Positions 57,363 to 64,000 of a stretch of 64,000 bases of DNA are shown here, piece by piece. The number at the start of each line of letters is the position of its first letter. The stretch's first letter is position 1. Made by a program: the position numbers and the translations under genes. The DNA is taken from NCBI GenBank assembly GCA_051294375.1, contig CM119268.1, positions 23,869,917-23,933,916 of the forward strand, given 5' to 3'. This stretch comes from Paraspadella gotoi. Its lineage: Eukaryota > Animalia > Chaetognatha. Under the pieces are notes generated by a model. That model was not told the DNA's origin. It saw only the letters and a list, made by a program, of their open reading frames with translations, and searched no databases.

Positions 57363-58326
57363 ACTCAATCACAGTCAATTTTGTCGGCGCGAAACAAACG
57401 CTGCCGATGTCACATCATAACAACAACAACAACAACAGCAACAACAACAACAACAACAACAATGCCTACCGTTCTGTCGTCTTTTTGGATGTCAAGAACA
57501 GATTGAGGGAGGGAGAGAGAGAGTGAGAGAGGGAGGGACTGGGAAGAAAAGAGAGAGCGGGAGGACGAGAGAGAAAGAGAGGGAGGGAGAAAGAGAGAGT
57601 GAGAGACTGAGAGACGGAGATAGAGAGGGAAAGAAAGAAAAGGAGAGAGGAAGAGAGGGAGATAGAGAGGGAGAGAGAGAGGGAGAGAAAGAGAGGGAGG
57701 TAAAAAAGGAGAGAAAGAGAAAAAAAGAGAGTGAATGAAGAAAGTTTAAGTTGTTACGCAAAGTGAAACTATTAATTATTAAATGTAATTACTTATAATC
57801 ACATGATTACAAAAAAGATATAAAACATGCAGGAAATGTGTTTTAAAGTTTCTCACGTCATTATTACATACATATTAACCAAATATCGCTTGAATCATGT
57901 CATCGCATTTTTACGTGATCACCCTAACCACATCGACCACACTTGTATGAAACAGGCACATAAAGCATATAAAGCATATAAAGCACTTAAAGTTCGCAAC
58001 TATTACTTTTTCTTTAACTATTAGCTATTACAAAAACTAAAAAGTATTAACCGATTTGTGAACATTTTAAAGGTTAGTGGGTTAGACCAAATATTGACCG
58101 ACCGATCATAACAAGTATTTACTGTACTATGCAATTAAAACGACAGAATACAGTAAAGACTGGATCTCTCGCTTCGCTGAACTTCGAAATCTGATGAGGC
58201 GGTTCACTTTTATTCTCGTCAAAAGAAGAACAGCTTTCGCAGATTATAACGAATGTGAGATTGCGTAAAAGACTTTATTGTACTTGACGAGTGTCCCATG
58301 ACGATAATGGTGATTAAAGCGACGAA

Positions 58327-58361
<35 letters not shown>

Positions 58362-58484
58362 TAAAACTGAGGTGACAATAAAACCGACGCAAACAATCAT
58401 GTTGACGACAACAACAACAACAACAACAACGACGACGACGACGATTACATCATAAAAAAACGAACGTAAACATTTACAATGAAC

Positions 58485-58515
<31 letters not shown>

Positions 58516-58792
58516 AAAACATTCAGTGACCCGAATCTGATACGAAAAACTTTGTGACAAACAAATCTGACAGTGAAGGCGACGGAATTTGTGGAAAGCG
58601 ACATCCACGTGAACGTGTATGAGAACGGACGACGACGACAAGCGAGGAAGTACGACGACGGACGACGACGACGATCGACGACGACCATTTACAATGCCTT
58701 TCACTCCGACGGTTGAATCTTTTTCATTCGAGTGTTTTCAAACGAAGAAAGAATTCTTTTGTTCCCCGCTTGAATTGTCTCCCACTTTCTCT

Positions 58793-58839
<47 letters not shown>

Positions 58840-59407
58840 TCTCTCTCTCTCACTCTCTACTCTCTCTCTCTCTCTCTCTTTTTCTTTTACGTTCCTTTTC
58901 CCGTCAGCAGCCCTCGACAGAGAATGAGAGATGAGAGAGAGAGAAGTGAGAGAGAGAGAGGAGAGAGAGAGAGTGAGCAGGAGAGAGAGAGGGAAGAGAG
59001 ACGAGAGTGAGAGAGTTCCAGCTTTCTTTTCTTTTGCTATTTTCTTGTTTTACTTTTTTCCTTTCACTGTGCTGAGATTGCTATTTTGGCACAGTTGGTT
59101 CGAACGATACTATTTTTTCATATCCAAATGTCTATTTCATCTCATATTTCATTTTATTTTTCACTTAATTTCTAATTTTGTACTTAACTTTAACTTAATT
59201 TTATTTATAATATATTATAAACATAATACATGATCCATAATATGGTCTTACTGGCTTTAGTATTACTTCAAATCAATTCGGTCCGATAAACTTATTAATA
59301 ATTTGTTAATTTATTAATTATTATTATAATTAATACTAATTTACTATTGCGGACAACAAATCTTTGTGACCCTTCTTTTCTTTGGTTCAAAACGAAAAGG
59401 GAACAAA

Positions 59408-59575
59408 CTTGACACGAGGTTGAGACAAGGTTGACATGAAGTTGACACGGAAATGACGAGAGGTTGACACGGTGCTGACACGGGGTTGACATGAAGTTGA
59501 CACGGCAATGACGAGAGGTTGACACGGTGCTGACACGGGGTTGACATGAAGTTGACATAGTTCTGACACGAGGTT
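59408..59575 (+). repeat. Tandem repeat with an 11-bp GTTGACACGG subunit and a higher-order unit of about 56 bp
   Basis: gttgacatgaagttgacacgg..atgacgagaggttgacacggtgctgacacggg is repeated twice, plus partial units. Confidence 0.85.
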
Positions 59576-60549
59576 TAAACTCGGTTTTCTCGACAGGTTG
59601 ACGCGTCGTGAATGAGTTCATGACGACGACGACGACGACGACATAGACGACAATCACAAGGACTTTTGTGAATTACTTGAATTATTGAATATTAACGAAA
59701 CCTTAACAACAGCTGTTGGCGATACGATGACATTATTAACAATTTAATTGTAAATTAAATGACTAAAAAACACGTCACTGATTTTAAATAAGAGTATTGC
59801 GTGAAAAAAGGGTCGTATAGTTTGTGGATTACTAAATAAGGTAAGTGAAGGGCAGAGAACTCAATGGATAAGTGAAATGAATTTTTAAAAATGTTGTGAA
59901 GAAAAAGTAAAAAATAAGAAAAAAGTGAAAATAAAAATATTAAATGTGAGAAGTAAAAAGGAAGGATTTTTGAATTTTATAAAAAGAAGGAAGAAAATAA
60001 AAAGAAATATAAAGAAGTAGGAAATAGAAATAGGAAAGAGAAAGATGGAGTAAAAGCGAATGAAAAGGAAAGGAGAGAAGAAAAAGAAAGAAAAGGAAAG
60101 GAAAGGAAAGGAAAGGAAAGGAAAGGAAAGGAAAGAAAAGAAAAGAAAAGAAAAGAAAAGAAAAGAAAAGAAAAGAAAAGAAAAGAAAAGGAAAGGAAAG
60201 GAAAGGAAAAAAAAATGTAGTCGGTTTTAGCCCTTGACAACCCGTCACCGAAAACCGAAAACCAAAAACCAAATGAAACGTTTATAGGAGCGAAAAAAAG
60301 ATTTACAGGAGCGATAGAAAGATTTAAAGGAGCGATAGAAAGATTTAAAGGAGCGAAAAACAGAATCGATAGAGAAATTTAGAAGAGCTTAGGAAATGTA
60401 CAGAAGAAAGTCAGACAATTATTATACAAAATTACAATTTATTTACTGTTTCATCTAATTCCTTCATTTAAGAATGTACCAAATAAAAAAGTAATAAAGC
60501 GGAAATATCTTGTTTCTTTGTCAATAAATAAATAAAAAAATATTTGTGA

Positions 60550-60609
60550 TTAGTTCTTCATCGGTCTTAACTTGAATGTGGCTCTCGCTTCAAGAAGAAG
60601 AGTTTCTAC
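60550..60609 (-). CDS. VWA5A/PARP4-C-terminal-like gene, terminal exon
   Basis: Acceptor ttttcttctcccag|GTA, encoding VETLLLEARATFKLRPMKN*. Phase 0 matches the upstream exon, and a minus-strand AATAAA lies near 60440. Confidence 0.65.
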   Translation of the reverse strand, partial: VETLLLEARATFKLRPMKN

Positions 60610-60771
60610 CTGGGAGAAGAAAATGAAATAAACAGAACAAAATTAATCAAAATTATTCAAAATTAATCAAAATTAATCAATATTAATCAAAATTAATCAA
60701 AATTAATCAATATAATATATCAATCAGTAAAGAACAAAAAGTATAAGATAAACTATTATGACTTATAGTTT

Positions 60772-60985
60772 TATCCTACCAGCCCTTTTCCCAACTATCC
60801 TGCCAGCCCTTTTCCCAACTATCTTAACAGCCCTTTTCCCAACTATCCTAACAGCCCTTTTCCCAACTATCCTAAAGCCCTTTTCCTAACTATCCTAACA
60901 GCCCTTTTCCCAACTATCCTAACAGCCCTTTTTCCGACTATCCTAACAGCTCTTTTCCCAACTATCCTGCCAGCCATTTTACCAA
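60772..60985 (+). repeat. 24-bp tandem repeat (TATCCTAACAGCCCTTTTCCCAAC), about 9 copies, intronic
   Basis: Directly visible tandem units. Confidence 0.9.
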
Positions 60986-61195
60986 CCATGATTGTTCCCA
61001 TTCCCATAATTCTAGGTTAGCTCGACCATGAGGACTCCGAAAAAAATTAATGGGTGGGTCTCAAAATCCAGGCTGAGTGGAGCAGCTCTATTTCTCACCT
61101 TTTTTTATGCAACTCAAAAACAATTTGTCAAACAATGAACCTTTTTTTTACAATCTGCTCTTCCATCTACCAACACTCTATCCCCTTTTCCTCAC

Positions 61196-61405
61196 TTTAT
61201 TTCCCGCCATCCTTTCTTTCAAGTATCCCAGCGCCTTGGCCAGCGCCTTATCTCTGTTCTCGCGCGGAATCTGGCACCGCGATTCCAAGAATGCGATGCC
61301 CAGCGCCGTGGCGCGCCGGCGTGGTCGCGCGGCGTTGTCGAGAGAGAGCGCCGAGAATTCTTTGACGACGAGACGAGCGCCGATGAGATGGAACCAATGT
61401 TGTAT
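61196..61405 (-). CDS. VWA5A/PARP4-C-terminal-like gene, penultimate exon
   Basis: 210-nt GC-rich exon, donor AAA|gtgag. ..RATALGIAFLESR..DKALAKALGYLKE resembles the VWA5A C-terminal WAT.LA..WL....EW.L...KA..W motif (recalled, not searched). Confidence 0.65.
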
Positions 61406-61557
61406 CTTTAGAGGAAATTAAATTTAAATCGGTGTTATTAATTAAGTTCTTTTTTGTTTTTACCCTTTGCGGCCTTTTTTTTCTGAAAGAGCCCAATTTC
61501 TGTTTAAATTTAGAAATTCGTTTGTTTTTAGGTTTTGAGTCGGGCATGATCCCCTCA

Positions 61558-61690
61558 GCTGTGACCCCCTGGCTCATTGAGTAATACAATCAACTCGTGA
61601 TCATTAGTTACCAGGATCGATGCCCAATGGTACCTACTCTGCGGGAAGCGTGAGGACGGCCGTAAACCTCCTTGGGGCCTAAAAAACCTT
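61558..61690 (+). mobile_element. tRNA-derived SINE-like element, 3'-truncated copy
   Basis: TGGCTCATTGAGTAA..GGATCGATGCC..GGTACCTACTCTGCGGGAAGCGTGAGGACGGCCG. Confidence 0.65.
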
Positions 61691-61699
61691 TAAGCCCTT

Positions 61700-62120
61700 T
61701 TACCAAATCTCAATCCCTCTCACCAAATCCCAATCCCTCTCTCCTAAATTCTGATATTTCTCTCCTAAATCCTCATCCCCCTCACCAAATCCCAATCCCT
61801 CCCTCTAAATCCTAATACATCCCACCAAATCCCAATACTTAACCTTTAAATCTTAATCCATTTCACCAAATCTCATTCCCTCACCTTAAATTTCAATTCC
61901 TCCTTGCTAAATCCCGATTCTTTTCTCTAAATCCTAATCCCTCCCACCAAATATCAATCCCTCCCCCTAAATCCCAAACCCTTCCCCCTAAATCTTAAAC
62001 CCTCCTACCAAATCTCAATCCCTCTCTCCTAAATCCTGATCCACCTCACCAAATCTCAATCCATGTCTCCTATATCCTCACCAAATCTCAATCCCTCCCT
62101 CCTAAATCCTGATCCCCCTC
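61700..62120 (+). repeat. Degenerate tandem repeat of about 20 bp (CACCAAATCCCAATCCCTC), intronic
   Basis: About 20 alternating accaaatc/cctaaatc units. Confidence 0.85.
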
Positions 62121-62122
62121 AC

Positions 62123-62389
62123 CAAATCTTTATCCCATCCTCCGTCGGGCCTCTGATAATTCTTCATCGCTTCCTCAACGACATCTTCTCTCTTCGGATC
62201 GTAGAGACGCAGCTTCGGCCGCGGCGGCCCCGCGTCGCCGCCGTCGCAGCAGCACCGGCGGCTCGAGGCTTTCAAGCGGCAGCAGCATTCGTGGAAGGAT
62301 GCGTTGGGACCCAGCGGAGCAGCGGGGATTAAGGCTGCGGCGGGATCCATATTTTTGGGCGAGGGACGGTGAGGGCGAAGGGGATAGGG
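62123..62389 (-). CDS. VWA5A/PARP4-C-terminal-like gene, upstream exon (5' boundary uncertain; alternative ATG at 62350)
   Basis: Candidate branch point and acceptor ccctaaccctttgatag|, donor TTG|gtgag. ..AMKNYQRPDGGWDKDL resembles the L..LQ..DGSW.L motif. Confidence 0.55.
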
Positions 62390-64000
62390 CTATCAAAGGG
62401 TTAGGGATAAGGTTCGGGTTAGGGTTGGGGCTGAAAGAGAGGGAGAAAAAAATTATTTAAATTATCTGAATTCTCTATTTCCAGAAGACAACACTAACAT
62501 CCCCCTGAAAAAAATAATAGATAAATCAAATACTTAAATGAGAAATATATTCAACTTTTATATTCATTTTAAAATTTTGTCTAATTTGGTCACATATAAT
62601 CTACAGTAATCTGGCAATTCATTTAATAATCATCTGAATTATCCTATCTTAATTATCAGCTTTTATAAGAAGTTAGTTTATTTCTGCGATATTTTGTTAA
62701 TCGTATCTAAAATTTTAGTTTCTATTATTCAATTATTTTACCTGAACGGAATTTTTTTTGGTTTTTTGTTTTTTTAATTTTTTTTAAATACTGATATTGT
62801 GTGAATCTTTAGCTTCGATTTTTAGATCTTAAAATAATTTCACTTTGGATATTTTCATATAAACTTCTGTTCTATTTTGATTTATTATACTAATGCGTCG
62901 GGGAATAGTATTTTTCTTATGAGACTGCCAGAAAAACAACAACAATAACAATAACAACGACGACAAAGTATCTCCTTTCAAATTAANNNNNNNNNNNNNN
63001 NNNNNNNNNNNNNNNNNNNNNNNNNNNNNNNNNNNNNNNNNNNNNNNNNNNNNNNNNNNNNNNNNNNNNNNNNNNNNNNNNNNNNNNNNNNNNNNNNNNN
63101 NNNNNNNNNNNNNNNNNNNNNNNNNNNNNNNNNNNNNNNNNNNNNNNNNNNNNNNNNNNNNNNNNNNNNNNNNNNNNNNNNNNNNNNNNNNNNNNNNNNN
63201 NNNNNNNNNNNNNNNNNNNNNNNNNNNNNNNNNNNNNNNNNNNNNNNNNNNNNNNNNNNNNNNNNNNNNNNNNNNNNNNNNNNNNNNNNNNNNNNNNNNN
63301 NNNNNNNNNNNNNNNNNNNNNNNNNNNNNNNNNNNNNNNNNNNNNNNNNNNNNNNNNNNNNNNNNNNNNNNNNNNNNNNNNNNNNNNNNNNNNNNNNNNN
63401 NNNNNNNNNNNNNNNNNNNNNNNNNNNAAGAAAAGAAATAAAAATGACAGAAAAAGTTAAAATATTTGTCTTTTTCTTTTAATTTTCTCTTTAGTTGAAT
63501 CGATGACAGCGGAAACGGCTTTCCCTTTTAGATCTGATCGGAGGAAAAGATGCGAACAAATACGAACAGATGCGAACAAATACGAACAGATACGAGTAGA
63601 TTCAAGCAGATGCAAACCAATGATAACAGATGCGTAAAGATGAGAACAAATATGAAGGGATGATAACACGTGTGAACAAAGATAATCAGATGCAATCAAC
63701 ACGAACAGATACCAGAATATGCAACCGAATTTAAACTGAAGCTAGCATATGCTACCAACTATTCACACACAGAGACAGATGCAAGCTTGTGCGAACAGAA
63801 AAAAAACCTAATCTATTTTGCTAATTTGATTACTTAGGTCAGTCGTGCCTGGTTGTGTCATCTGTTTCACAATCGAACACTGGAACATTTTTTATGGATG
63901 AATGAGGAATATCGACCTCACTTTGCCAATAAAAGAAATTTCCTGATTCATATGTGCGCTTGTTTGAGATTAAATAGCGAAACTCATATGTGCGCTTGTT

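Noticed and set aside
58314-58704. Poly-Arg/Val/Ser ORFs
   Set aside because: Derived from (GAC)n/(ACA)n repeats.
62400-62430. TTAGGG-like repeats suggesting a telomere
   Set aside because: Only a few degenerate interstitial units, like the CCTAA patches elsewhere in the window.

Overview
This is animal (eukaryotic) genomic DNA from a gappy draft assembly, with AT-rich introns, abundant (AG)n/(CT)n microsatellites and many N-gaps. It is not prokaryotic, and I found no CRISPR array, rRNA or bona fide tRNA. Three spliced genes can be reconstructed, all on the minus strand. (1) The 5' part of a transglutaminase gene: exons 2109-1773, 1454-633 and 381-<1, with the Cys/His/Asp catalytic triad intact. 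(2) A complete 14-exon Eph receptor tyrosine kinase gene at 26634-5997; the exons sum to 3444 nt (about 1147 aa), all splice phases are consistent, and the kinase motif [11 protein letters not shown] is of the protostome type. (3) The last three exons of a probable VWA5A/PARP4-C-terminal-like gene at 62389-60550. Eph exons 5-14 appear a second time (about 11.9-19.3 kb) as an indel-ridden copy beside a 25-N gap; this is most likely an uncollapsed second haplotype from error-prone long-read gap filling. About 33 kb upstream of Eph has no recognisable coding gene. Dispersed elements include a tRNA-headed SINE-like family (3 copies), a MITE-like family with about 25-bp terminal inverted repeats around telomere-like CCTAA repeats (at least 4 copies), a second AT-rich dispersed repeat (about 9 fragments), a perfect 46-bp foldback element and several minisatellites. 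I found no convincing evidence of a wholly new biological system. The best leads are the repeat families, a candidate alternative N-terminal exon for the transglutaminase, an in-frame Eph juxtamembrane cassette exon and a speculative in-frame TGA exon at about 57.2 kb.
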